Positions 29,301 through 38,892 of a stretch of 64,000 nt of DNA are shown piece by piece. The first letter of the stretch is position 1. The number at the start of each line of letters is the position of its first letter. This stretch comes from Octopus vulgaris (taxonomy: Eukaryota): NCBI GenBank assembly GCA_951406725.2, contig OX597823.1:26412001-26476000 (forward strand), in the 5' to 3' direction. The notes under the pieces were generated by a model. The model had not been told where the DNA came from. It did not search any database and saw nothing but the letters and a program-made list of their open reading frames with translations. Position numbers and translations under genes: made by a program.

Positions 29301-32300
29301 AAATTTATCCTGTTGTAAGTATTCAGATAGAGCATGAGTGGCAATGCTTACTAATTCACAGTACTAAGTTCAATATTTCTTCTTGGTGTAACACAGAGAG
29401 GGAGCTTTGTCTGATCAAATCATATTCTATCATCTCGGAAAACAAAATGGCATTTTGGACAGTGTAGTGCAAGACATATTTGGAAAAAGATATGATGGTC
29501 ATGACTGGAATGCCTTAGATCATAAATTTGTTCTGTTAAGACTGATTTGTGGCTGGAGAAAGATGAGTTCTGTCTCTTTTGACCTACACACACTAATTGA
29601 AGACTTATTGATTTAATCCCTAGTGATTTAATGTGGTATGGGGCCTTTCAATTGTTGCTGTTGTCTGTCTGCTTTTCCATTCTTGCATGGAGTGGACAAC
29701 GTTTCTGAAACAGTGTTGTATGACTAAATGCTTTTCCCCTTGATGATCCATTTTATTGCCTGTGACAAGTAACAGGTGTACTTCTACAACTGGTTTACAC
29801 AGTTGCCAGAGGGAAAATTGGTTTGTCTATAAATTTCAGACTTTTGAAGAAATATTTCTCTCCTTTTTAAATATCCAAAGAAATATATTTCCAATTCCGA
29901 AGAAATATATTTTAAGTAAGAGAGATATTTCCTTAACAACAGTTATAATTCATAAGAAAGCTGTTCTGACAATTTAGGAAGTAAACATCACAAGTCAGAG
30001 ATGACAAAAGAAATATATAAACTAAAAATAGCTTTATATTGTTTCTGCTCTTTATTGTGGTGAGCTTTAATCATCTACTGGCAACATACTGACCATTTGC
30101 TTCTTCAGTACATTGGTCTTAGATACAACACTTGTCAGGTAATATCAACTAATATCTTTTTCATTGTCCATCCAACATTCCATTGATTTTATACTTGTTT
30201 CTTTATTGCTTCCAAATCATAACAATTTATGGGGTTTGTTGCTTAACTCCAGTCTGACAGTCATTAACCCTTTCAATACCAACCCGGCTGAAACTGCCTC
30301 TGGCTCTGTAGTACAAATGCCATGTTTACATAAGTTTTGAATTTAAATCTTCCACCAAACCTTAGTCACAATTTATGTTCCTAACACTAGCTTAATGACA
30401 ATGAACTTATTTTATTAAATTCTTTGTTATATTCAAAATAATTGAAAGAAACACAAAGCATCTCAAAATAAATACGGTAACAAAAGGGTTCAGCAATGAA
30501 TGATAAATCACCCTCTGCATGTAACCTTAACCTATCCCAAATATCTTTCCTGCAAGAAGAATTCAACATAGTGCTGCAAGGAATGAATTACTTGTCCATT
30601 TTTTGCAACTGCTGCTAGCAGAGAATTTCATCAACCATGATATCTACACTGCCCATTGATAGAATATCCTTGCAGTTGCTCCACCTGATCTCATACATTG
30701 AAACTGACAGGAGAATCCACTTATATCATCATCATTTAACATCCGTTGTCCATGCTGGCATGGGTTGGATGGTGTGATCAGAGATGGCAGGGGGCAGGGG
30801 GTGGGGCTGCACCAGGCTCCAGTCTGATTTGGTATGGTTTCTATGGCTGGATGCCCTTCCTAATGCCAACCACTTTCTAGAATGTGCTGGATGCTTTTAC
30901 ATGGCCCTGCACGAGTGCTTTTATGTGGCACTGCATGAGCACTTTCACGTGACGCCACATGAGTGCTTTATGTGTCACCGCATGGGCGTTTTTACATTGC
31001 TCTGCACAGGTACTTTTATGTGGCACTACCATGGGTGCTTTACGCACCCAAAAGGATTGGTCTTAACACTTCTGCTGCTGGGTGCAGGTCTTCTTGAGTA
31101 CGGCCAAGCACAAGGTGTCTCAATCCGTTGTCATCTTACTTGAAAGGTTTACCACTCCTGCATATCTGTGTATATGTGTGGTGCATGTATCATCATCATC
31201 ATCATCATCTAGTGTTTTAAATCCGTGTTTTGTCCCCGCTAACACGGGTGGCTGGATTTACCTCAATGCCATAGCAACTGAGGTATGCAGGTGCAGCCCA
31301 CCCCAACATTTGGACTAGCTGGTGCCCATTCTCCTTTGCTATCATGAGGCTTTTTTGGAGCTGGATTTTCTATGGGATGCATGCTCTTGTTTACTTCCAA
31401 CCTCAATTTCTAGACATGAGTGATCCTGAGGCCAAGGCTGCTACTATGATTTTTAAGAAATGTGGTAGAAAACTAGCTCAGGAAGGCAGGGATACTACTC
31501 CCTGAGACCCCTTTTGGGGCTCCCTTTATATACATATATTTTATTATATATATCATCATCATCATCGTTTAATGTCCGCTTGCCATGCTAGCATGGGTTG
31601 GATGATTTGACTGAGGACTGGCAAACCAGATGGCTGCACCAGGCTCTAATTTGATCTGGCAGAGTTTCTACAGCTGGATGCCCTTCCTAACACCAACCAC
31701 TCCGAAAAAGTAGTGGGTGCTTTTACGTGCCACTGACATGAGGGCCAGTCAGGTGGTACTAGCAATGGCCACGCTCAAATGGTGTTTTTTGAGTGCCACC
31801 TGCAAAGGAGCCAGTCCAGCAGCACTGGCAATGGCCTTGCTTGAATGGCTTTTTCACGTGCCACCGGCATTTTTACGTACCACCGGCACAGAAGCCAGTC
31901 CACTGCTATGGCAACGATCACGCTCAGATGGTGCTCTTAGCGCTCCACTGGCATGGGTGCCAGTCATCAAATTTGATTCGATTTCGATTGCCTCAACAGG
32001 TCTTTGCAAGCAGAGTTTAGTGTCCAATGAAGGAAAGGTACGCATAAGTAGGCTGGTTACTCCCCTGGCATAGGCCACGGGTTATGGTCTCATTTGGCTT
32101 GCCGGGTCTTCTCATGCACTGCATATTTCCAAAGGTCTTAGTCACTAGTCATTGCCTCGGTGAGGCCTAATGTTCGAAGGTCGTGCTTCACCACCTCATC
32201 CCAGGTCTTCCTGGGTCTACCTCTTCCACAGGTTCTCTCAACCGCTAGGGTGTGGCGCTTTTACACACAGCTATCCTCATCCATTCTCACCACATGACCA

Positions 32301-33125
32301 TACCAATGCAGTTGTCTCTTTTGCACACCACACCTGATGCTTCTTAGGTCCAACTTTTCTCTATTAATATATATATATATATATATCAAAATTAAGTCAA
32401 ATAGAAAGAAATTGTAGTTGGGAGTCCTGTGCTGGTAGCACATAAAAAGCACCCACTACACTCTCGGAGTTGTTGGCATTAGGAATGACATCCAACTGTA
32501 AAAACACTGCCAGATCAGATTGGGGCCTGGTGCAGCCTCCTGGCTTCCCAGACCCCAGTCGAACTGTCCAACCCATGCCAGCATGGAAAACGGACGTTAA
32601 ATGATGATGATGATGATGATGATGATATATATATATATAGATATATATATGACGGACTCTCCCATCAAAGATGATGTATGAGCTTTCAGCTTTTGCTGAA
32701 TGACCTTCATAAATGATTTGTTTATAGTGATCAAATGTTTTTGCTGCACATTAGGTCACTCTCTCCATCAAATCAACATTGTCTGAACAGGTGCATTGTG
32801 TACCACACCTCAGGTGTCGAGGTGATCACAGAGCAGCGTGAGGTGAAGTGTTTTGCTTAAGAACACAACACACCACTCGGTCTAGGAATTGAAATCACGA
32901 TCTTGCGGTCATGAGTCCAACTCCCTAATCACTATATATATGTGTGTTTGTTTGTGTGTGTGTGTGTTTATTTGTGAATGTTCTTTTTGCTTCTTAACTG
33001 GATATTATTGTTTGTGCGTATTTGACATCTATATCTACATGTTTCTTTTCATTTCAGCCACAAAAGTCATTGCACCAATGATGCAGAAGACTATGAAGAT
33101 GATTAAAAAGATGCAGAGACGATGA
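1709..33125 (+). CDS. ELOA: Elongin A (RNA Pol II elongation factor / Cul5 E3 substrate receptor), full 11-exon gene span, ~565 aa
   Basis: Hand-spliced exons 1709-1783, 8186-8242, 10803-11540, 13693-13804, 16132-16218, 17662-17715, 22415-22512, 26119-26220, 26949-27027, 28981-29208, 33058-33125 give 1698 nt in one frame. Contains a TFIIS N-terminal domain ([25 protein letters not shown]...LWK), a Ser/Lys-rich linker, VYSG, a BC-box ([11 protein letters not shown]), [26 protein letters not shown]...[25 protein letters not shown] and C-terminal [10 protein letters not shown], all matching Elongin A. Confidence 0.96.
3420..5335 (+). mobile_element. Old degenerate RTE-clade LINE
   Basis: Broken motifs [13 protein letters not shown] (~4040-4080), [10 protein letters not shown] (~4185-4212), [18 protein letters not shown] (~4686-4700); many stops and frameshifts. 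Confidence 0.85.
5339..6045 (+). mobile_element. 3' fragment of the dominant RTE LINE family
   Basis: [19 protein letters not shown]; conserved 3' UTR and (GAT)n tail. Confidence 0.85.
6478..6765 (-). mobile_element. tRNA-headed SINE family C
   Basis: Minus strand GGCACGTGGCTTAGTGGTTAG (A-box)..GAGTTCAATTCC (B-box)..GTGTCCTTGAGCAAAACAC; a relative lies at ~61862-62220 (+). Confidence 0.75.
6778..7785 (+). mobile_element. RTE LINE fragment with internal deletion
   Basis: [21 protein letters not shown] and [12 protein letters not shown], then a jump to the 3' end and UTR tail. Confidence 0.85.
8186..8242 (+). CDS. ELOA: ELOA exon 2 ([19 protein letters not shown])
   Basis: Acceptor ttgcag|, donor CAG|GTAAGA; TFIIS-N motif. 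Confidence 0.92.
10803..11540 (+). CDS. ELOA: ELOA exon 3 (end of TFIIS-N domain plus Ser/Lys-rich region)
   Basis: Acceptor ttttgccag|, donor GAG|GTAAGT; [13 protein letters not shown]...WKSLV and [10 protein letters not shown]; 246 codons within ORF 10788-11567. Confidence 0.95.
11602..12021. mobile_element. Fold-back (Penelope-like) element family 1, with hammerhead-like motif and central tRNA-like segment
   Basis: Inverted arms ~11630-11764 and ~11892-12021; 12-bp direct repeat AGAACTGATAAA at 11590-11601 and 12022-12033; GACAC-CTGATGA-aGGCTG...GCC-GAAAC at 11927-11965. Confidence 0.75.
13693..13804 (+). CDS. ELOA: ELOA exon 4 ([24 protein letters not shown]...)
   Basis: Polypyrimidine tract plus ccag|, donor A|GTAAGT, phase 0 to 1; LPxxQxxYxP motif of Elongin A. 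Confidence 0.88.
14708..15792 (-). mobile_element. Internally deleted piggyBac-type DNA transposon
   Basis: TTAA at 14704-14707 and 15793-15796; TIRs CCCTTTCGTTAC / GTAACGAATGGG; minus-strand acidic N-terminal remnant ([15 protein letters not shown]). Confidence 0.85.
16132..16218 (+). CDS. ELOA: ELOA exon 5 (..[18 protein letters not shown])
   Basis: Acceptor tctttag|, donor G|GTAACT; conserved VYSG motif. Confidence 0.92.
17662..17715 (+). CDS. ELOA: ELOA exon 6, BC-box ([18 protein letters not shown])
   Basis: Acceptor ttccag|, donor A|GTAAGA; T-L-x3-C-x3-L BC-box. Confidence 0.94.
17941..19390 (-). mobile_element. 5'-truncated RTE LINE (ELOA intron 6, antisense)
   Basis: Minus-strand ORF 18660-19031 ([40 protein letters not shown]) plus 3' UTR and (GAT)n tail. 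Confidence 0.92.
21107..21619 (+). mobile_element. Non-autonomous Helitron, copy 1 (ELOA intron 6)
   Basis: 5' TCTATATATATAAAA, 3' hairpin CCCGAGCAACGCCGGG followed by CTAG, inserted at A|T with no TSD; near-identical to 62418-62933. Confidence 0.9.
22415..22512 (+). CDS. ELOA: ELOA exon 7 ([33 protein letters not shown])
   Basis: Acceptor ttgcag|, donor CCG|GTAAAC; cullin-box/F-box-like region. Confidence 0.95.
22530..22856 (+). repeat. ~165-bp tandem duplication just after ELOA exon 7
   Basis: CCCTCCTCAGTAATTCC...CAGATATAGCAT occurs twice in tandem. Confidence 0.92.
24350..25582 (-). mobile_element. RTE LINE fragment interrupted by a SINE
   Basis: [13 protein letters not shown], a Cys-rich insert, RLHCFGHV; SINE at ~24898-25127 with repeated flank AGAAACAATACTG. 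Confidence 0.88.
26119..26220 (+). CDS. ELOA: ELOA exon 8 ([34 protein letters not shown])
   Basis: Acceptor tttcag|, donor |GTAAGA; highly conserved Elongin A core. Confidence 0.96.
26528..26792. repeat. Degenerate (CA)n microsatellite
   Basis: Visible in sequence. Confidence 0.95.
26949..27027 (+). CDS. ELOA: ELOA exon 9 ([26 protein letters not shown])
   Basis: Acceptor ttttacag|, donor G|GTAAGT; phase consistent with neighbours. Confidence 0.93.
28981..29208 (+). CDS. ELOA: ELOA exon 10 ([29 protein letters not shown]...)
   Basis: Acceptor tttttag|, donor T|GTAAGT; [14 protein letters not shown] motif. Confidence 0.94.
30268..30488. mobile_element. piggyBac-type MITE (~220 bp)
   Basis: TTAA-CCCTTTCAATACC...GGTAACAAAAGGG-TTCA; a degraded relative lies at ~9095-9295. 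Confidence 0.7.
31553..32630. mobile_element. Two divergent RTE 3' fragments separated by (TA)n
   Basis: Minus-strand copy 31553-32362 and plus-strand copy ~32420-32625, each with the (GAT)n tail. Confidence 0.85.
33058..33125 (+). CDS. ELOA: ELOA last coding exon ([22 protein letters not shown])
   Basis: Acceptor tttcag|, TGA at 33123-33125; matches the conserved IAPMMxKT..RR C-terminus; followed by an AU-rich 3' UTR. Confidence 0.93.
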
Positions 33126-34399
33126 AAAAGATAAAAAACACATTTGAAAAGAATGATTATAACAAAATCGTTTGCCCTTAATGTTTTTCTCAAGTTTTTA
33201 TTTTAATTCTAACTTCACGCCCTCTCTCTTCCTACTCTCTTCAAATCCCTCGTCACATTTTAATTTATCATTTACCTAATTTATATAAGTTTCTATATAA
33301 AATTGTATAATAATATTTTTCTGATTTAAAAAAGAATCAAATTTTTTCTTTCTTTCTGTTTTTTTTTTTTTAACTAGAATTCTTGAAAATGTATTTTATT
33401 TTAATACATTTTCTCCTGTTTTTTTTTGAAATGATTGTAGATATCTTTTAGAGCTCAGTCAATGTTTTATTTAATCTTAACTTGAGACCTTAACTTCTTT
33501 AGCACGAGTTACTTTTGGTGGGCCTACTATAAATTATTATAAATACCATTATTGAGAATGGAACAAAGAAGTGTTAAGCTCCTGGCAAGGCAAGTCAAGT
33601 GGTTTGGTTTCAATTCTTAGCCAAAGCCAGCTTACTTATACCATTAACATCTTTGGGAAATACATTAACATCACCTCCTCCCTTCCTCCAAAAGTTGCAG
33701 CCTCGTGGATAAGTTAATGATCATCATCATCATTGTCATCGTCATTGTCATCATCATAGTCATCATCATTGTTGACATCATCATCATCATCATCACCATC
33801 ATAAGGATGGTGGATAGCAGAGGTCTGTGGAACAGTGGGGAACAAAATGCCATACAGTTATGACCCTTCATGTTCTTAATTCAAATCTCCCTGGGTTTCG
33901 CTTAGCCTTTCTTCCTTTTTAAGAGGTTGATGAAGTAAGCACTAGTCAAACACAGAGGTCAGTGGAATCAACTGTTTCCTTGCTTCCAAATTTCTGGTCA
34001 TGTGCCTATGTTAAAAACCATCTTCCCCTTCCTCATCATCATTCTCGTTGTTATAAAATTTGAAATATGCAAATTACAATAAGAATTATGTAAATATAAT
34101 TTACATCAAAGGCCAGTCTTCAGCTTCTTTACAATAAGCTGTAATACTTTATTAGCTTTGCAACAAGCTAATCACATACTTAGATTCTCAGTCTGAAAGA
34201 AAGACATTCTCCTCTTTTTTCTTATAGTGCCAAAGATCACATGACAGAAATTCTATCAAATTGACTAGTCGACGAGAAGGGGTGTTGGGTGATATAACAT
34301 TCTACGTCAGCGCTTTGTCTTTAGTGAATGGCACTGCAGTCACATTGTCCAGACACAGTCTTGGCATTGAACACATTTGATGGTTGTTTTTTAAAAATT

Positions 34400-36505
34400 C
34401 CTCATGGGGCAATGGATTGGTGGAATCATTAGGAGCATTGGATGAAATTCTTTGCAGTATTTAGTTACGACTTTTTACATTCTGAGTTCAAGTCTTACTA
34501 AGGTTAACTTTGCATTTCATCTTTCTATGGGTTGATAAAAGTAAAGTACCAGTTGCCTTTCTGGTGTGTGACAAAATAACTAAGATTCAGGTATCCCATA
34601 AAATTGTGGCCTTGATCATATGTCAGAAACAACTGGCAAATTGACAGAATTGTTTGTACATCAGGTAAAAATGCTTAGTGACGTTTCTTCTGGTTGTTTA
34701 TGTTTTAAGTTCAAATGCTGCTGAGTTTGATTTGGCCTTTCATCCTTTAAGGCTCAATAAAATAAGTACCAGTTAAAACATTGGGTTGATGTAATTGACC
34801 AATCCTATCCCCCAAATTTCTAATCTTGTTTTTATTTTAGAAACAATTATTATTGTTATCCTGCTTTTGTACACGGACTTTTTCAAACGGAAAAAAACCC
34901 TTTGTAACTTTCGTCCTGTGTTTTGTCCCTTTATGTTTAAATTGATTTTTGTTAGCCCTTGTGGCCAATAAACGAATGAATTATTATTATTATTATTATT
35001 ATTGAGTGAGAGAGCAGTGCATGCCATCAAAGTGACACTGGGGTACAAATATACAAAGCCCAATATATCCATCATGACTAGCCATCTGATAAGGATACAC
35101 CAGGCACATGCATCACAACCATACATGTGACATGCTGATCTAATATCAAGGTAAACAGCGCATGACCTTGCAGGTGGGGGCCCAGTTAGAATTTTCTTCA
35201 GGTTGAGCCTACCCGCTCAAAAGGTCCCTGAATAAGTTTTGTTTAAGGCTGATGAATAAAACGCCTGTGTTTCCAAAGGTGAATTATTTAAACCCCAAAG
35301 AATTCCTCTCAACACATGGCTATGATGCTCTCCCACTACTTCTGCTCATGATCAGAGATGCACATATCGTCAGCCACTAAGGGACATGGTCAACTGATTA
35401 AGGTTAAACAACTGACAAGCAAATCTGTGGTATTGAGCAGAATATTTGTTGTAGCCCATCTTTTATACCAAGACAAAACAATGCACATAATAACACTTCC
35501 AATCAGTTAAGATCAGAAGCCATGAGAGCCACTGCTTGGTGCTGTTGTTGTTGTTGCTGTTGTTATTAAGGTGGTGAGCTGGCAGAATCGTTAGCACACT
35601 GGATGAAATGTTTAGTGATATTTCACCTGTTGCTACCGTCTGAGTTCAAATTCTCCTAAGGTAGACTTTAATCCTTTCAAGGTTGATAAATTAAGTACCA
35701 GTGAAACACTGGGGTCAATGTAATCGACTTACTCCTGCCTTGTGCCTGTAGTATTTCAGGCCTTGTGCCTATAGTAGAAAAGATTATTATTATTATTTTT
35801 AATATTATTATTAAAGTGAATAGCTGGCAGAACCATTAGCATGCTGGACAAAATGCTTAGTGGTATTTCATCCATCTTTATGTTCTGAGTTCAAATTCCA
35901 CCGAGGTTGACTTTGCCTTTCATCCTTTCGGGGCGATAAAATAAGTACCGGCTGAGTATTGGGGTTGATATAATTGACTATCCCCATCCCCCAAAATTTC
36001 AGACCTTGTATCTATAGTAGAAAGAATTATTATTATTATTATTATTATCATCATCATCATCATCATCATCATCAATCATTATTATTAGGGAAGTGAATGA
36101 CAAAATACTTTAGTGGTATTTCAGCTGTCTTCACGTTTTGAGTTCAAATTCTGCCGAGGTTGACTTTGCCTTTCATCCTTCAAGGGCCATTAAAATAAGT
36201 ACCAGATAAGTATTAGCACCATATTATTGATTATGTTATTATGTTTAGCGTATTGGAGGTGGTGAGCTGGCAGAGTCGTTAGCACACTGGAGGAAATGTT
36301 TAGCGGTATTGAGTCCATTGCTATGTTCTGTGTTTAAATTCTGCCGAGGTTGACTTTGCCCTCTTCCCTTTGGGGTCAATAAATTAAGTACCAGTGACCG
36401 GTGTAATTGACTAGTACCCTCCCCCAAAATTTCAGGTCTTGTACCCATAATATAAAAGATTATTATTATTATTGAGTGAGAGAGCAGTTCATGCCATCAA
36501 AGTGA

Positions 36506-36550
<45 letters not shown>

Positions 36551-37358
36551 CATTAGCACATTGGACAAAATGCTTAGTGGCATTTCGTCTGTCTTTATGT
36601 TCTGAGTTCAAATTCTGCCAAGGTCAGCTTTGTCTTTCATCCTTTTGGGGTTGGGCCGGCAGAATTATTAGCACGTCAGGCAAAAATGCTTTGCGGTATT
36701 TCTTCCTGCTCTTTATGTTCTGATTTCAAATTCCGGTGAGGTCGACTTTGCTTTTCATCCTTTTAGGGTTGATAAATTAAGTACCAGTGAAAAACTGGGA
36801 TTGGTGTAATCGACTTACCCCTTTCACACAAGTTTCAGGCCTTGTACCTATAGTACAAAAGATTATTATTTTTAGCATACTGAGGGTGGTGAGCTGACAG
36901 AATCGTTTGCATGCTGGACAAAATGCTTAGCTGTATTTCACTTGTCACTACATTCTTATTTCTTTACTGGCCATAAGAAGCTAGACACAGAGGGGACAAA
37001 CAAGGACAGACAAACAGATTAAGTTGATTATATCAACCCCAGTGCGTAACTGGTACTTATTTAATCGACCCTGAAAGGATGAAAAGCAAAGTCGACCTTG
37101 GTGGAATTTGAATTCAGAACGTAGTGGCAGACAAAATACTACTAAGCATTTCCCCCGGCGTGCTAATGTTTCTGTCAACTTGCCACCTTTCAGTATGCTA
37201 AAAATAATTGTCTCTACATTCTGAGTTCAAATTCTGCTGAGGTCGATTTGCTTTTCATCCTTTCGGGGTCAGTAAATTCATCAGTGAAACACTGGGGTTG
37301 ATGTAATCGAATAGTCCCCTCCCCCAAAATTTCAGGCCTTGTACCTATAGTAGAAAGG

Positions 37359-37398
<40 letters not shown>

Positions 37399-37790
37399 GT
37401 GTATTGAAGGTGGTGAGTTGACAACTGTTAGCATGCTGGGCAAAATGCTTAGCAGCCTTTCTTCCATCCTTCCAAGATTGATAAAATAAATACCAGTTAA
37501 GTACTGGGGTCAATGTAATCAACTTACTCCATCCTGTCAAGATCGGTGGCCTTGTTTGGAAATCTAAAACATTTATTGTTAGTGAATTAGCAGAATTATT
37601 AGAGCTTCAAAAAATATGCTTTATTTTCGTTCCGGCTCTACATTCTGTTTTCAAATCCTGCCAAAGTGGACATTGTCCTTCATCTTTTTGGTGTACATAA
37701 AATAATGGTACCAGTGAAATACTACGGTTAATTTAATCAACTAACCCCACTACATTCAGGTTTGTGGCCCTGTATTTGTGTGAGATGATT
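34400..37790. repeat. Dense cluster (>10 copies) of tRNA-derived SINE family A with (TAT)n tails
   Basis: Repeated GGCGAGCTGGCAGAA..GAGTTCAAATTC..GCCTTTCATCCTTTCGGGGTCGATAAATTAAGTACCAG (B-box plus a Meta/Sauria-like central domain). Confidence 0.9.
34980..35545 (-). repeat. ~550-bp interspersed repeat with (AAT)n tail, copy 1
   Basis: Homologous to 58790-59356; a 35-nt terminal piece with tail also occurs at 36460-36507, which points to a non-LTR retroposon 3' end. Confidence 0.8.
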
Positions 37791-37912
37791 ATTATTACTA
37801 ATATAACTATTATCTTTTTTCTGTACAATAAGGAGAGCAAATTGAATATACTGAGGTAGTGATTAGGATAACTGAAGTTTAGTCTCTGAAAAAGCTCATG
37901 GAATTTCATTTT

Positions 37913-38234
37913 ACAGTTCTATATTTAAGAGATGAGGAATTATATACATTATTTACATTTGATGGATATTTGTCCTCATCTTGTTTGTTGTTAACACAGC
38001 ATTTCGGTTGATATTCTCTCCAGCCTTCATCAGGTGTCTTGGGGAAATTTCAAACGCGGGTTCTCATTCATTCCTAAGGTATTTTTGATGTTATACCTTA
38101 GGAATGAGAACTCAGGTTTGAAATTTCCCCAAGACACCTGATGAAGGCTGGAGAGTATATCAACCGAAATGCTGTGTTAACAACAAACAAAATGAGGACA
38201 GATATCCATCAAATGTAAATAATATAAATAATGT
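37913..38234. mobile_element. Fold-back element family 1, copy 2
   Basis: ~140-bp inverted arms; 12-bp TSD GAATTTCATTTT at 37901-37912 and 38235-38246; CTGATGA...GAAA core on both strands. Confidence 0.8.
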
Positions 38235-38569
38235 GAATTTCATTTTGTTTTCCTTCTGCAACCTGTTTGTTTTTATTACCTTTCTAAGTAAATAATTATT
38301 TCATCAACCTGAATATTTAATCCAGCTTCTTTAAATTTTGTGTTAAAAATCTTAGCTGGGTTAAATTTTCTCCTCCTCTCAAGTTCTTAACCCATAAAGC
38401 ACTGGGATTTGCACTTACATAGCATGGATTGCTAAGCACATTTTATGAAAATGAGACTACCATGCACACATAAAAAACAAAAAAATAGTTAAAATATCTT
38501 CTTAGTATACAATGGCAGCAAGTTTTATGTCAACTGAAAAGTCATTAGTTCAACTATTAGTCCTTATGA

Positions 38570-38892
38570 GAGCTCAAAATCTCTCGTGGAAGCGTCATCC
38601 AACCAAAATACAAATATATGGGAAACTACCACCTGTGTCATCTCTTGTGAAAGGTAGGAGAGTCCAGTTTGCTGGACATTGTTATAGAGCTGAAAACGAG
38701 GCAATTTCTACTCTTCTCCTCTGGAAGCCATCTACTCGCAATACCAGAGGGCGCACACTCTCCTACCCTGGTGTAATCTACAGGGATACAGGCATCCAGC
38801 AACAGGACCTCCGTAATGCTATGATGGACCGTGAAGTCTGGCGTAGCATAGTAAACTCCATCGTCTCGACCACGGTCGAACAGTGATGATGA
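38570..38892 (+). mobile_element. 3' end of a different RTE-clade LINE
   Basis: RRVQFAGHCYRAENE..LLWKP..MMDREVWRSIV*, followed by a TGA repeat tail. Confidence 0.8.
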
